The notes: generated from the sequence alone by a model not told the origin. A stretch of DNA of 64,000 bases from Candidatus Latescibacterota bacterium (GCA_965242865.1 CBDETK010000013.1:3392001-3456000); one strand, 5' to 3'. Counted from the first letter of the stretch, positions 9,335-20,516 are shown. A program made the numbers and translations.

Positions 9335-10156
9335 TCACGTCCAGCGTTCCACATAGCCTTCCATCTGCCGCTGCAATGCCGAGTTGTCGCGCTTCGCGGC
9401 GCCGCGCCAGACGATCCGCGCCTTGTGCAATAGCATGGCCCGTGCGGCCGCGGCGCGGGCCGGTGCGAGTTGCGGGGTCTCGCGCAGCAGCTTGTCGAGC
9501 GCATATACTCGAAAGCGATCCATTGCGTGGTGAGCCTGCGATAGTTGGTCGGCGTGGCCGCCGTATTTGCGAATGAGTTTTTCGGCCAAATAGGCCACCT
9601 CATAGCGACAGGCAATCCGCAGCCACAGCTCGTAGTCCTCACAGGCGGGCAGGCTTTCGTCGAACCCACCAACGTCCGCAAAAACCCGGCGGTGAATCGC
9701 AATCGACGATGGCGACATAACACACAAGGGCAAGGCGTGCAAGAAAATGTCGCCGCCGTATTTCTGGTGGTGTTTGTGGGGATTGACCCGTACGCCATTG
9801 CGGATCCAAATCTCATCGGTGTGGCAGACCCACAGGCCGCTTGTGTGCAGGGCGGCGGCTTGTCGCACGAGTTTGTTGGGCAACCACTCGTCGTCCGAAT
9901 CGAGCAGGGCGATCCACTCGCCGGCGGCCTCGGCGATCCCGCGATTGCGCGCCGCAGAAACCCCGCTGTTTTCTCGTTGGATCACCATTTTGACGGCACT
10001 GCCAAATTCCTCGCGCACCTGCTCGGGCGTACCGTCGTCGGAAGCGTCATCGACCACGATCACCTCAAAGTCTGCCGCCTGCTGCGCCAGTGCCGAACGG
10101 ATCGCCCGGCCAACCAACGCCCGGCGATTGTACACCGGAATGACAATTGAGAACAC
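9335..10156 (-). CDS. Glycosyltransferase family 2
   Basis: SIVIPVYNR, VVDDASDD, SAARNRG, LDSDD, CEDYELWLR. Confidence 0.93.
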   Translation of the reverse strand: MFSIVIPVYNRRALVGRAIRSALAQQAADFEVIVVDDASDDGTPEQVREEFGSAVKMVIQRENSGVSAARNRGIAEAAGEWIALLDSDDEWLPNKLVRQAAALHTSGLWVCHTDEIWIRNGVRVNPHKHHQKYGGDIFLHALPLCVMSPSSIAIHRRVFADVGGFDESLPACEDYELWLRIACRYEVAYLAEKLIRKYGGHADQLSQAHHAMDRFRVYALDKLLRETPQLAPARAAAARAMLLHKARIVWRGAAKRDNSALQRQMEGYVERWT

Positions 10157-10163
10157 GGCCGGC

Positions 10164-12284
10164 TCAGTTGTTGCGGGCGAGCGCCGCGGCCGCGTCTAAT
10201 TTTTCGACGACCATCGCTGGCGTAATGATCTCGGGCAACACCAGCGGCTGCTCGATAAGACCGGCGGGAAAGATCACGTACAGGGGTACGCCCGAGCGCC
10301 CAAAGGCGCGCAAAAGCTGGGTGATCTCGGGGTTGCGATGGGTCCAATCGGCTTGGACTAAGGCCACATTGAGCGCGGCAAACCGCTCGCGCACCACAGG
10401 CTGCGCCAACACCGCTTGCTCGTTGACTTTGCACGTCCAGCACCACTCGGCCGTAAAGTCGATAAAGACCATCTGCCCGCTGGCGACCAACTCCTCGACG
10501 CGGGCCGCGCTAAACGGCTGCCAGTCTAGCGCGGACGAGGTAGTCTGCTCGACGGTTAGCAACGGATGGACAAAGAGCGCGTAGCTGCCCACCACCAGCC
10601 CTAGTGCCGCCACTCGGGCCACCCTTTTGGAGCGAGTGGGATGTTGGAAGCTGCCCCACTGACCCCAGACCCAGCAGGCCAGCCCCAACCCCAGCAAAAA
10701 GGCCCCGGTCCACACCACGCCTTCGACCCCGGTCTGCTTGCCTAAGACCCAGAGTAGCCACAGCACCGTGGCCATCAGCAAAAAGCCCATGAGCTGCTTG
10801 AATCGCATCAGCCACGGGCCGGGCTTGGGTAAGCATCCGATCCAAGCGGGCTCAATCGCCAGCACCCCGTACGGCAGGGCCATGCCCACGCCAATCGCCA
10901 AAAAGACCGCGACGACCACCGCGGCCGGTTGGGCAAAGGCAAATCCAAGCGCGGTCCCCAAAAAGGGCGCGGTGCAGGGCGTGGCCAGAATGGTCGCCAA
11001 CGCGCCGTTGAGAAAGGAGCCGGTCAATCCTTCGCGCCCCCCGATCCCCCCCAAGCGACTCGTCCCCGGCAGCAGGATTTCATAGACGCCGAAAAGGCTT
11101 AGGGCCAACGCAAAGACCAAGGCACTCATCGCCACCACAAAACCCGGATACTGGAACTGAAATCCCCAGCCGATCTGCTCGCCGCTGCTTTTGAGCAAGA
11201 GCACGGCTAGCGCCAGCGCCAAAAAAGTGGCCACAATACCGGCGCAAAACGCCCATCCTAGGCGCCGCACCCGCTGGGTTTCTTCGCCGGCTTGATTGAC
11301 AAACCCGAGCACCTTGAGCGAGATGACCGGCAACACGCAGGGCATCAAGTTGAGGATCAACCCCCCCAACGCCGCAAAGGCGATGTAGAACCCCAGCGAC
11401 CGACCGACCGGTCCGCTCGCCGTGCGGTAATCCCGCTGCAAAATCCCCCGGCCTAGGCGCGGCGCGGCGCGCAAATTTAGCGTCAACGTCCCGGCTTGTA
11501 CCGCGCCGTCAAGCCTATAGACGAGTACGCCGCGCAGCGTATCGACTTCGGCCTCGCCGTACGGCTGGATCGCAAGTACGAGGTGATCGGCGGCTAGACG
11601 CCGGGTGGAGAACGCAAAATCGTCGGCCGCCAGCGGATAGAAGTCCGGGGCTTGCTCGCCCTGCTCAAAAGACTGGCCCTCCGCAGCAAGACGCACGTCA
11701 ACCTCCACTGCCTGCTCTCCGCGGGCGCGGACGCCAATATCGACCGCAACGCGCCCGACGCCCTCGCCCGGCACCTGCGCGGCATAGCGGTCAAATTGCG
11801 CCTGCTGGGTACTCGGCGCGCTCGCCGCGGCGACCGGCAGGGCCAACGCCAACGTTGCCTCCCCCGGAATGCACAACTCGCGGCACACCAGCCAAGAGAC
11901 CTCGGCCGCGAGGCGCAGCGTATCCCCGGCTGCCAACGCGCTGGACGCCGCCTCGGCCATGAGCAGGACTTCGTCGGCATACCCATAGACGACCAGCCCC
12001 CCTTCTTCCTCGAACTTGCGCGGCAAGGGCCATTGCAGCGGCCTGACCTCAACCCCGGTTGGGAGCTGCCACTCGACAGCGGTTGGCAAGCCAGCGTCGC
12101 CGCTAACCATCCAATAGGTGTGCCAGCCCGCCGCCATCGTCAGCTCGACCCCCAGCCGAAAGGGCTGGCCGGGCACGGCGGCCTCTACGTCGGCCAACAG
12201 ACGAGCCTGCACTGGGTGATCGCTGGCGTTGAGCCGCCCGCAGAGGAAGGGGACTACGGTGAGAATCAGGAGGAGAGGGTACAT
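10164..12284 (-). CDS. dsbD: DsbD-like protein-disulfide reductase (N-terminal DsbC-like domain, TM domain, thioredoxin domain)
   Basis: GWHTYW, CRELC, LMPCVLP, TPCTAP, WCWTC. Confidence 0.9.
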   Translation of the reverse strand: MYPLLLILTVVPFLCGRLNASDHPVQARLLADVEAAVPGQPFRLGVELTMAAGWHTYWMVSGDAGLPTAVEWQLPTGVEVRPLQWPLPRKFEEEGGLVVYGYADEVLLMAEAASSALAAGDTLRLAAEVSWLVCRELCIPGEATLALALPVAAASAPSTQQAQFDRYAAQVPGEGVGRVAVDIGVRARGEQAVEVDVRLAAEGQSFEQGEQAPDFYPLAADDFAFSTRRLAADHLVLAIQPYGEAEVDTLRGVLVYRLDGAVQAGTLTLNLRAAPRLGRGILQRDYRTASGPVGRSLGFYIAFAALGGLILNLMPCVLPVISLKVLGFVNQAGEETQRVRRLGWAFCAGIVATFLALALAVLLLKSSGEQIGWGFQFQYPGFVVAMSALVFALALSLFGVYEILLPGTSRLGGIGGREGLTGSFLNGALATILATPCTAPFLGTALGFAFAQPAAVVVAVFLAIGVGMALPYGVLAIEPAWIGCLPKPGPWLMRFKQLMGFLLMATVLWLLWVLGKQTGVEGVVWTGAFLLGLGLACWVWGQWGSFQHPTRSKRVARVAALGLVVGSYALFVHPLLTVEQTTSSALDWQPFSAARVEELVASGQMVFIDFTAEWCWTCKVNEQAVLAQPVVRERFAALNVALVQADWTHRNPEITQLLRAFGRSGVPLYVIFPAGLIEQPLVLPEIITPAMVVEKLDAAAALARNN

Positions 12285-12297
12285 GAGCCGCCGGAAG

Positions 12298-12903
12298 TCA
12301 GCTTCTCAGCACCGCTTGGTGGATTTGCTCAATGTCGATTAAGCGGCAGCCGAGGCGGGCGGCAAAGTCCACGAGCTGCTGGCCCTTGGCCATGGTGCCA
12401 TCGGGGGCCATCACCTCGGACATCACCGCGGCCGGAAAGAGCTGGGCTTGGCGGGCCAATTCCACCGCGCCTTCGGTGTGCCCTTGGCGGCGGACCAACC
12501 CCTCGGGGCGGGCGGCCAAGGGAAACACGTGCCCGGGAATGACGATGTCGGCCGGGCCGGTCGCCGGGTCGAGGGCCCGCTGAATGGATGTGGCGCGATC
12601 GGCCGCTGAGACGCCGGTTTCAATGCCCTCTAGCGCGTCAAAGGGCAGCCCAAAGCGCGGCGTCGTCCAGTCGGCATTGTGCGGCTCAATCAGGCCGACG
12701 CCGAGCCGCGCCAGATGCTCCTCGGTCGTGGCCAGATGGAGCATGCCCCGCGCCTCTTTGAGCATTTGATTGATCGCCGCGCCCGAAACGTATTCGGCCG
12801 CCACGATCAGATCGCCTTCGTCTTCCCGGTCGTGTGCATCCACTAAGACCAAGAATTTGCCGGCGCGGAAGTCCGCGACCGCGTCGTCGAGTCGGCAGAA
12901 CAT
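12298..12903 (-). CDS. ribB: 3,4-dihydroxy-2-butanone 4-phosphate synthase-like protein
   Basis: DREDEGD, TGVSAADR, PGHVFPL, RQGHTE. Confidence 0.8.
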   Translation of the reverse strand: MFCRLDDAVADFRAGKFLVLVDAHDREDEGDLIVAAEYVSGAAINQMLKEARGMLHLATTEEHLARLGVGLIEPHNADWTTPRFGLPFDALEGIETGVSAADRATSIQRALDPATGPADIVIPGHVFPLAARPEGLVRRQGHTEGAVELARQAQLFPAAVMSEVMAPDGTMAKGQQLVDFAARLGCRLIDIEQIHQAVLRS

Positions 12904-14024
12904 TATGGCACCCGGTGCGCCATGAGCACCGCTTCGTCGAGCTCAATCCCCAAGCCGGGCGCGTCCGGCACCTGAATGTGACCGTCGCGGATGGTTTCTG
13001 CCGGGCGGATCAATTCGCCGCGCCAATCCACCTCGCCAAACGCATATTCGAGCACCGTGAAGTTGGCGATCGTGGCCGCTAGATGCACCCCGGCCATCGT
13101 CGAGACGGGACCGGCTGGGCTGTGGGGCGCGATCGGCAGCTGCGCGACCTCGGCCAGCGCGGCAATGCGGCGGCATTCGGTAATGCCCCCGGCGTGTTTG
13201 ACATCCGGCATCAGCACATCCACGGCTCCTTGGGCGATGTACGGCCAAAAGCCCTCGCGCCCTACGAGGGACTCGCCGCCGGCAATGGTGTGGCCCGAGT
13301 GCAACCGCAACTGGCGCAGGGCATCGACCTGATCGCGCGGCACTGGCTCCTCAAACCAGTACAGATTGAGCGGGCGCACCGTTTCGGCCACCTTAAACGC
13401 CAAGGCCAAGTCAAAGCGCTGATGGCAATCCACCAACAGCTCAATTTCGTCGCCAATGGCCTCCCGCGTTGCCGTGAGCCGCGCGATCCCTTGGCTTACG
13501 GCGCGCTCGACCCCAGCGCGGTCCAGCCGCCGCCAATGCACCTCGTCAAAGGGCGTGCTCTTGACCGCGCTGAAGCCGGCGTCAACCGCTCGGCGCGCTG
13601 CATCGGCAAACCCCTGTGGGCTGCGGTCGCGGGTGCCGCGATTGAGATTGGCGTACAATCGCACGGCGTCGCGCCGCTTGCCGCCGAGCAGACGCCAAGC
13701 CGGCACCCCAAGTGCCTTGCCGGCCAAATCCCACAGCGCTTGGTCGATCGCGCTCCGCGCCGTGGCCCCCACCCGGCCGGTGTCGCCCGAGAAAATCGCG
13801 CCCCCACGCGCCAGCCGTTCCCACAACGCCTCTACTAAGGTCGGGTCCGCGCCCGCTAACCTCGGTCCCAACTGCTCTAGCGCGGCCACGACCAAGCCAT
13901 CATTGCCGCTCTGGCTCGCTTCGCCCAACCCGCTCAGCCCGGCGTCGGTATGCACTTGGACGAAGAGCCAATTGCCGCGCGGCGACGCCGCCACTGAATG
14001 GAGTTCCAAATGAGTAATTTTCAT
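12903..14024 (-). CDS. Galactonate dehydratase-like enolase-superfamily enzyme
   Basis: WLFVQVHTDAGLSGLGE, DQALWDLAGK, DCH, WFEEP, GGE, PDVKHAGG. Confidence 0.9.
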   Translation of the reverse strand: MKITHLELHSVAASPRGNWLFVQVHTDAGLSGLGEASQSGNDGLVVAALEQLGPRLAGADPTLVEALWERLARGGAIFSGDTGRVGATARSAIDQALWDLAGKALGVPAWRLLGGKRRDAVRLYANLNRGTRDRSPQGFADAARRAVDAGFSAVKSTPFDEVHWRRLDRAGVERAVSQGIARLTATREAIGDEIELLVDCHQRFDLALAFKVAETVRPLNLYWFEEPVPRDQVDALRQLRLHSGHTIAGGESLVGREGFWPYIAQGAVDVLMPDVKHAGGITECRRIAALAEVAQLPIAPHSPAGPVSTMAGVHLAATIANFTVLEYAFGEVDWRGELIRPAETIRDGHIQVPDAPGLGIELDEAVLMAHRVP

Positions 14025-14174
14025 AGCCTCTCCTGCGTAAACCTGCGCTCTTGAAAAACATAAAGAACAGATGGCCTAGCCGCTACGAGCCAAGGGGTTC
14101 GCACGGTTCAACAGAGTCGTTATGTTCTCTATGTTCTCTGCTAGTCTGCGCCTTCTTGCCCCGGAGGTACGAGC

Positions 14175-16409
14175 ATGGATCTCTTCGACGCCGGACTTAG
14201 GGATCGCCAAGCGGCCGACCAACCCCTCGCCGCTCGCCTGCGACCGCGCACCTTGGACGAATACGTCGGCCAAGACCACATTCTCGGCCCGGGCCGCCTG
14301 CTGCGGCGCGCCATTGAGGCCGACCAGCTCTCCTCGCTGATTTTCTACGGCCCGCCCGGCACGGGCAAAACCACGCTCGCGGCCGTCATCGCCCACACCA
14401 CCCGCGCCCATTTTATTTCCATCAACGCCGTCTTGGCCGGGGTTGCCGACATTCGCCAAGCCGTGGATGAGGCCGGCCAGTTGCGCAAGCTGCACAGCCG
14501 CAAAACCATCCTCTTCATCGACGAGGTCCACCGCTTCAACAAGGCCCAGCAAGACGCGCTCCTGCCTTGGGTCGAAAACGGCACCATCATCCTCATCGGC
14601 GCGACCACGGAGAACCCGTACTTTTCGGTCAACCGCCCCCTGCTCTCGCGGAGCCGGGTTTTTCAGCTCCAGGGCCTTAGCCCCCAAGCCCTCGCGCACA
14701 TTGCCCAACAGGCGCTTGCCGACGAGCGCGGGTACGGTCAGCGCCGCGTCGAGCTACACCCCGACGCCTGCGCCCACCTGATCGATGTGGCCAACGGCGA
14801 CGCCCGCGCCCTGCTCAACGCCTTAGAGCTGGCAGTCGAAACCACCGAGCGCGACACCCAAGGGCGAATTGCCATTACCCTAGCGGTGGCCGAAGAGTCC
14901 ATCCAGCGGCGCGCCCTGCTCTACGACAAGGAGGGCGACTACCACTTCGACGCCATCAGCGCCTTTATCAAGTCCATGCGCGGGTCCGATCCAGACGCCA
15001 CCCTCTACTGGCTGGCGCGGATGGTGTACGCTGGCGAAGACCCGCGCTTTCTCTTTCGCCGCATGCTCATCTTTGCCAGCGAGGACATTGGCCTCGCCGA
15101 CGAGCGCGCCCTCCAAGTCGTCATTGCCGCGGCCGAATCCTTCGACCGCATTGGGTTGCCCGAGGGGCGTTTTCCCCTCGCCCACGCGGCCTTGTACTTA
15201 GCCACCGCGCCCAAGAGCAACTCGACGATGGCCTTTTTCGACGCGCTGGCGGTCGTGGAAAAAGAACGCGAAGGCGAGGTGCCCACGCACCTCAAAGACG
15301 CCAGCCGCGACAGCGAGGGCTTTGGCCACGGCGCCGGCTATCTCTACCCCCACGCGTACCGCGAGCACTGGGTGGCCCAGCAGTACCTGCCGGCCGGCCT
15401 GCAGGGCCGCATCTTTTACCAGCCTTCGGACCAAGGCCGCGAAAGGGCCGCGGGCGACCGCGTCCGCCAACGCCGCGAGCTCCAGCTCGCCGCCATGCGC
15501 GAAGAAGCCGCCCCGGCCGAAGTGCTGTCCCTGTCGCCGCCGGACCAAGTGCGCGACCAATGGCTCAAGCGCGTCAGCGGCGATGTGGCCCCCCAACTGG
15601 AGCACACGCGCCAACGCCTCTTCGCGCCGCTGGCGCTGGCGCGCCACCACCTCGTCCTCGACTTGGAGGCTGGCACCGGCCTGCTCACTTGGGAAGCTCT
15701 GCGGCGCGTGCCCGAAGGCGGGGTCTGGGCCCACGTCAGCGACAAAATCGCGGCCGTAGCCCTGCACGAAACCGCTGCCCATCTAGCCGAGATCGAGCGG
15801 CCCCAAGTGCTGCAAGGCCCGCTCGCCACCCTCGCCGACCAGATTGCCGCCCACGACCCCGACATCCTGTTTGACGCTGTCGTGGGACGCCATGCCCTCG
15901 GCGGGCTAGCGCACAAAGCCCAAGTACTAGCGGCCCTGTATCGCTACCTCGCCCCACAGGGCCGCGTCAGCTTGGTCGAGGTCCTCTCTCGCCGGTCGCA
16001 GCGCTTGTACCAGCTAATCGACTTGCAGCCTCTCGGCGCGTTGGGCGAGCGTCTCGTCGCGGCCGAAGAGGCCATCTACGCCGCGCCCGACAACCCGCGC
16101 GTCAACTGGGATGCCGCGGATCTCAAACAACTGTTCGCGGCCGCGGGCTTTGGCTCGGTGCAGGTGCGGGTGGAAGCGGTCCAGTCGCAGCGGCACATTG
16201 AGCCGCGCCATCTCGCGCATTGGTTCAATCCCGGCGGCGAGAAGCGGCACACGTACGCCCACCACCTGATCCAGCACCTCGACGAAGACGAGCTGCGGCA
16301 GGTGCGCAAGCTCTTTGAGCAGAGCTTGGCCCACCGCGCGGTGACGTGGACGACGCCTCGGATATTTATCGTCGCGGCCGGGCGGCCGGATGCAGCCCCT
16401 GAGCATTGA
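14175..16409 (+). CDS. rarA: Replication-associated recombination protein RarA/MgsA with C-terminal SAM-methyltransferase-like domain
   Basis: [47 protein letters not shown]; C-terminal VLDLEAGTG. Confidence 0.92.
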   Translation: MDLFDAGLRDRQAADQPLAARLRPRTLDEYVGQDHILGPGRLLRRAIEADQLSSLIFYGPPGTGKTTLAAVIAHTTRAHFISINAVLAGVADIRQAVDEAGQLRKLHSRKTILFIDEVHRFNKAQQDALLPWVENGTIILIGATTENPYFSVNRPLLSRSRVFQLQGLSPQALAHIAQQALADERGYGQRRVELHPDACAHLIDVANGDARALLNALELAVETTERDTQGRIAITLAVAEESIQRRALLYDKEGDYHFDAISAFIKSMRGSDPDATLYWLARMVYAGEDPRFLFRRMLIFASEDIGLADERALQVVIAAAESFDRIGLPEGRFPLAHAALYLATAPKSNSTMAFFDALAVVEKEREGEVPTHLKDASRDSEGFGHGAGYLYPHAYREHWVAQQYLPAGLQGRIFYQPSDQGRERAAGDRVRQRRELQLAAMREEAAPAEVLSLSPPDQVRDQWLKRVSGDVAPQLEHTRQRLFAPLALARHHLVLDLEAGTGLLTWEALRRVPEGGVWAHVSDKIAAVALHETAAHLAEIERPQVLQGPLATLADQIAAHDPDILFDAVVGRHALGGLAHKAQVLAALYRYLAPQGRVSLVEVLSRRSQRLYQLIDLQPLGALGERLVAAEEAIYAAPDNPRVNWDAADLKQLFAAAGFGSVQVRVEAVQSQRHIEPRHLAHWFNPGGEKRHTYAHHLIQHLDEDELRQVRKLFEQSLAHRAVTWTTPRIFIVAAGRPDAAPEH

Positions 16410-16480
16410 TTTATGGCCTCTCACCGCGTACCTTATCCGCACTTGCCCACCCCTAACCCGCCTAACCCGCCGCCCTAGCC

Positions 16481-17695
16481 ATGATCGCCAAGCACGTATC
16501 CTGTCTGCTGCTGGCTGGCCTCACGGCCTGTAGCACCACCGAAGAGCAAGTCGTTGAGCTCCTAGAACAGATGGCCGCAAACCCAGTGGATTCGCCGGCC
16601 TATCAGCAATCCATCGACGAATTGGCCGCCATTGGTCGGCCGGCCGCCCGCCAGCTCATCGCCCGCCTCAACCCCGACCTGTACCGCGGCGAAAACTACC
16701 GCGAGTTCCGCGCCGAGCGGGAAAAACTCCGCATTGGTTGCGCCCGCGTGCTGGGCCGCATCAAGCCGCGCGGGGCTACGGCCGCCCTCAAGGATCGAAT
16801 CTCAACCGCGTACACCGATCGCGAGCGCATCGCCTGCCTGTGGGCCATGGGGCAAGTCGGCTACGTCCAAGCCGGCGTGGATGCGGCCAAAGCCCAGCTC
16901 GGAGATTCCAACCCCATCATCCGCATTCACGCGGCCATTGCCTTGCTCAAGATGGACGACGACCGCGGCACCAGCGAAATCGAAGCGGCTCTGGCCAGCA
17001 GCGACCCCCAGCTAACCCAAACGGCCCTGCAAGGACTGGAAGAATCCGGCTACTTCGGCGTCCCCCTGCTCGTGGACCTGCGCGCTCGCCCTGGCCCTCA
17101 TCGCGACGCACTGCGCTCGGTGATCGCCGAGGTCAAAGACCAACTCGTCGTCCAACTGGCGGACGAAGGCCCGGTCCACCGCCAGCGCGCCGCGCAAGCC
17201 CTCGGCTACATCGGCGACGAGGGCACCGCAGCCTCCTTGGCCGACCTGCTGGCCGACCCCAGCAATCAAGTGCGCTTTAGCGCGGCCGCGGCCCTAGCCA
17301 CCATGGGGCGCAGTCAGGGCATTGAATTCCTCTTTGAGGCCCTGCGCCATACCGACGCCATTCTCCGCGCCAATGCCGTCAAGTTTCTCACCGATGTCCA
17401 GCGACAATCCGGTGCCGTCGAAGCGCAGCTCATCGCGGCCCTTAGCGATGAGGATTCGCTCGCCCGGGCGGGTGCGGCCCAAGTCTTGGGCCAAGCGCGC
17501 GTTCAGTCCGCCTTTAGCGCCCTGCTCGCGGCCACCCTAGACGAGGTCGCCGATGTGCGGGCCAATGCCGCCATGGCCCTCGGGCACCTCGGCGGCGACC
17601 AAGGCCGCGCCCAACTCGAAAAGTTGCGCTACGACAGCGACGCCACTGTTTCCTACTACGCCGAGTGGGCCTTGGGCCAGCTCGGCCCGAGTTGA
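16481..17695 (+). CDS. HEAT-repeat lipoprotein
   Basis: Lipobox LTAC; repeated D.xxVRxxAAxALG units. Confidence 0.85.
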   Translation: MIAKHVSCLLLAGLTACSTTEEQVVELLEQMAANPVDSPAYQQSIDELAAIGRPAARQLIARLNPDLYRGENYREFRAEREKLRIGCARVLGRIKPRGATAALKDRISTAYTDRERIACLWAMGQVGYVQAGVDAAKAQLGDSNPIIRIHAAIALLKMDDDRGTSEIEAALASSDPQLTQTALQGLEESGYFGVPLLVDLRARPGPHRDALRSVIAEVKDQLVVQLADEGPVHRQRAAQALGYIGDEGTAASLADLLADPSNQVRFSAAAALATMGRSQGIEFLFEALRHTDAILRANAVKFLTDVQRQSGAVEAQLIAALSDEDSLARAGAAQVLGQARVQSAFSALLAATLDEVADVRANAAMALGHLGGDQGRAQLEKLRYDSDATVSYYAEWALGQLGPS

Positions 17696-17717
17696 CCCTA
17701 ACCCCCGTTCTCGCGCC

Positions 17718-18626
17718 ATGCAAAATGCAATCTGCCTGTTGTTCGTCCTCTTGGCCCTGCCGCTGGTTGCCGTCCCCAGCCGCGCCGGCGAAACGCCCGA
17801 GACCCTCCTCATCCGCCAAGCCCTCGCCAACGACATTGCCGGGTATCGCCGGGCCGATGGCGAGCTGGCCCTCAAGGCGTACCACCCGCACTTCGTAGCC
17901 TATCAGGGCCATGCCAACGCGGACCCGCGCGCTTGGACGGTCCTGCACGAAAACCGCGATGCGTTTGAAAGCCAGCTAGCGGCCGACCTCAAAGCCCAGC
18001 GCTACGAGGTGGTGCGCTCGGTTCCCTTTATCGCGGTGCGCACCACCCACGCCATTGCCACCAGCTTAGACTCCGGGCGCGTCGTCGATCGCCAGACGAG
18101 CGAGCCGACGCCGGTTGCCGTCCACCGCTTTTGGACCTTTCTCAAGGAAGAGGACGACTGGCTGGCCACGGCCATGGTCGCGGATTTGGGCGACTCGCTC
18201 TTGCCCGTAGCGGGCGCACCGGCCAACGGCGAGATCGCCGAGTTGTTGCAGCGCGAAAGCCAAGCGTGGGAAACCGGCAGCGGCATCCTCGGCTTCTTCG
18301 ACGCACATTTCACGGGCTACGACGCCTTGGGCGCTTTTAAGCCGGCCTCCTACAAAATCGCCTTCAGCGGCAGCGAGGAGCTGGAAAAGTGGCTCGACAA
18401 GCGGCTGCCGTACGTGCAGTACGACCTCGACCGCAACGTGCTCCACACGGCCATCGGCCCGGCCGGCGACGAAGCCTTGGCCGTCACGCGCGAAACCGTG
18501 GCCGTTGAGCACGTCAAAGGCCCGGCCAAACACGCCAAAGAACGCTACGTGTTCTGGACGCTGAGCCGCCGCTCCGGCTCGTGGAAGATCACCAACATGC
18601 TCTTCGACGTGGGGCTTTCCGACTAG
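17718..18626 (+). CDS. Secreted protein with two NTF2/DUF4440-like domains
   Basis: Signal peptide from ATG 17718; two similar halves ending WTFLKEEDDWLAT and WTLSRRSGSWKIT. Confidence 0.6.
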   Translation: MQNAICLLFVLLALPLVAVPSRAGETPETLLIRQALANDIAGYRRADGELALKAYHPHFVAYQGHANADPRAWTVLHENRDAFESQLAADLKAQRYEVVRSVPFIAVRTTHAIATSLDSGRVVDRQTSEPTPVAVHRFWTFLKEEDDWLATAMVADLGDSLLPVAGAPANGEIAELLQRESQAWETGSGILGFFDAHFTGYDALGAFKPASYKIAFSGSEELEKWLDKRLPYVQYDLDRNVLHTAIGPAGDEALAVTRETVAVEHVKGPAKHAKERYVFWTLSRRSGSWKITNMLFDVGLSD

Positions 18627-18641
18627 CGCGGGCGCGAGTAC

Positions 18642-20516
18642 ATGGAAAAACTGGTCTGGCTACTGGTCTTTACCGTCGGCTATTGGTCGTACTGCGTCTT
18701 CTGGGGGATCAAAGGCGCCCGCCGGGCCAAGACGGCCTCGGATTACTTTATCGCCGGCCGTGGGATCGGCCTGTGGGTCTTTGTGTTGGCCGCGACCGCC
18801 ACCTCCTTTAGCGGCTGGACCTTCGTCGGTCACCCCGGCACCATCTACAATGTGGGCCTGCCCTACGCCTTTGCCTCGTTCTACGCCATCACCATCCCCT
18901 TCACCGGGGTGTTGTTCCTCAAGCGACAGTGGCTGTTGGGCCAACGCTTTGGCTATATCACCCCGGGCGAGATGTTCAGCGACTACTACCGCACCGATGC
19001 GATGCGCTTCCTCACCGTCATCGTCGCTTTCGTCTTCAGCGTGCCCTATCTCGGCCTCCAGCTCAAGGCGTCGGGCCTGCTCTTCAACCGCTTGACGACC
19101 GGCACGCCGCTGGAGGGCAGCTTCATCGGCTCGGTTGAAGGCGGGGCGATTGTGCTTTCGGTGATCGTTTTTATCTACGTGGCATCCGGTGGGTTGCGCT
19201 CGGTCGCTTACGTCGATTGCGCCCAGTGCGTCCTCTTGGCGTTCGGCATCGTCGTCCTCGGGTTTGTCGCCCTCGACTTGGTCGGCGGCTGGTCGGCCTT
19301 CAAGGGGGGGTTGACCGCCCTCGCCCAGCAAAAACCCGACATGGTCGCCATTCCGACGCGGCCGGAGTCCGACTCCTTCCTCGAGCGGGTTGGCACCCTG
19401 TTTTTTGACGCCCAAGGCGGCCCTTGGACCGGCCTGATGATCCTGTCCTATATGTTCGCCTTGATGGGCATTCAGTCGGCCCCGGCGTTTTCGATGTGGG
19501 CCTTTGCCAACCGCGACCCGCGGCCTTTCCCTTGGCAACAGGTGGTCGCCTCTGCCCTCGTCATCGGCGGCATCATGTTCTTTTTCACCGCCTTTCAGGG
19601 GCTGGGTGCCCGGCTCCTCGATATGGAACTGATCCCGGGGACTACCCCCCTCGGCTTGCCAGCATCCGACCACTTGGTTCCCTACCTAATCGACACCTTG
19701 GCCGACCGCTTCCCGTTCCTCTTGGGGCTTTTGGCCGTCTGCGCGCTCGCCGCAATGCAATCGACCGGGGCCGCTTACATGTCCACGGCCAGCGGCATTG
19801 TCACCCGCGACCTCTACCGCCATTTCTTCAATAAAGAGGCCTCGCATTCGGCCCAAGTCTTCGTCGGCCGCTTGAGCGTGGCCATCGTCGTCAGCTTGGC
19901 CCTGTTGGTCGGCCTCGCTTCCGGCGACCTGCTCGTCTTGCTGGGGGGGGCGGCCGTTTCTTACGGATTTCAGATGTGGCCGGCCCTGCTGGGCATCTGC
20001 TACATTCGCTTCTTCACGCCTCAAGGAATCGTCGCTGGCCTCATCGTTGGCCTCGTCGCCGTTACCTTCACCTACATAACCGAGCTGGGCGGGCTCATCG
20101 GCATTGGCCGCTATCCGCTCACGCTCCACAGCGCTGGGTGGGGCATTCTCTTTAACCTGAGTACGGTCGTCGTCGTCAGCTTTTTCACCCAGCCCAAGCA
20201 AGCCAACCACCTCGCCCACCGCGATCGCTTCCACCGCTTCCTCAAAGCGCACACGGCCTTGCCCGAGGCCAAAAAGAAATGGAAAACGCCGGTCTGGATT
20301 CTGACGGTCGTTTGGTTTCTCTGTGCCATCGGCCCCTTTGCCGTCCTCGGCAATCAGACCGATCCCGCCCGTTGGCCCTGGGGCATCCCCTCGCTGTGGC
20401 TGTGGCAGATCGCTTGGTGGATCATCGGCTGTTTTATGATGTATTTGCTCGCCTTTAAGCTGGAGATGTCCACCGTCCCCGCCCGCAAAGTCGAATCCTC
20501 GCCGCAAGACGACTGA
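18642..20516 (+). CDS. Sodium:solute symporter family protein
   Basis: DYFIAGR, ATSFSGWTFVGHPG, GGLRSVAYVD, AAMQST; many TM helices. Confidence 0.92.
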   Translation: MEKLVWLLVFTVGYWSYCVFWGIKGARRAKTASDYFIAGRGIGLWVFVLAATATSFSGWTFVGHPGTIYNVGLPYAFASFYAITIPFTGVLFLKRQWLLGQRFGYITPGEMFSDYYRTDAMRFLTVIVAFVFSVPYLGLQLKASGLLFNRLTTGTPLEGSFIGSVEGGAIVLSVIVFIYVASGGLRSVAYVDCAQCVLLAFGIVVLGFVALDLVGGWSAFKGGLTALAQQKPDMVAIPTRPESDSFLERVGTLFFDAQGGPWTGLMILSYMFALMGIQSAPAFSMWAFANRDPRPFPWQQVVASALVIGGIMFFFTAFQGLGARLLDMELIPGTTPLGLPASDHLVPYLIDTLADRFPFLLGLLAVCALAAMQSTGAAYMSTASGIVTRDLYRHFFNKEASHSAQVFVGRLSVAIVVSLALLVGLASGDLLVLLGGAAVSYGFQMWPALLGICYIRFFTPQGIVAGLIVGLVAVTFTYITELGGLIGIGRYPLTLHSAGWGILFNLSTVVVVSFFTQPKQANHLAHRDRFHRFLKAHTALPEAKKKWKTPVWILTVVWFLCAIGPFAVLGNQTDPARWPWGIPSLWLWQIAWWIIGCFMMYLLAFKLEMSTVPARKVESSPQDD

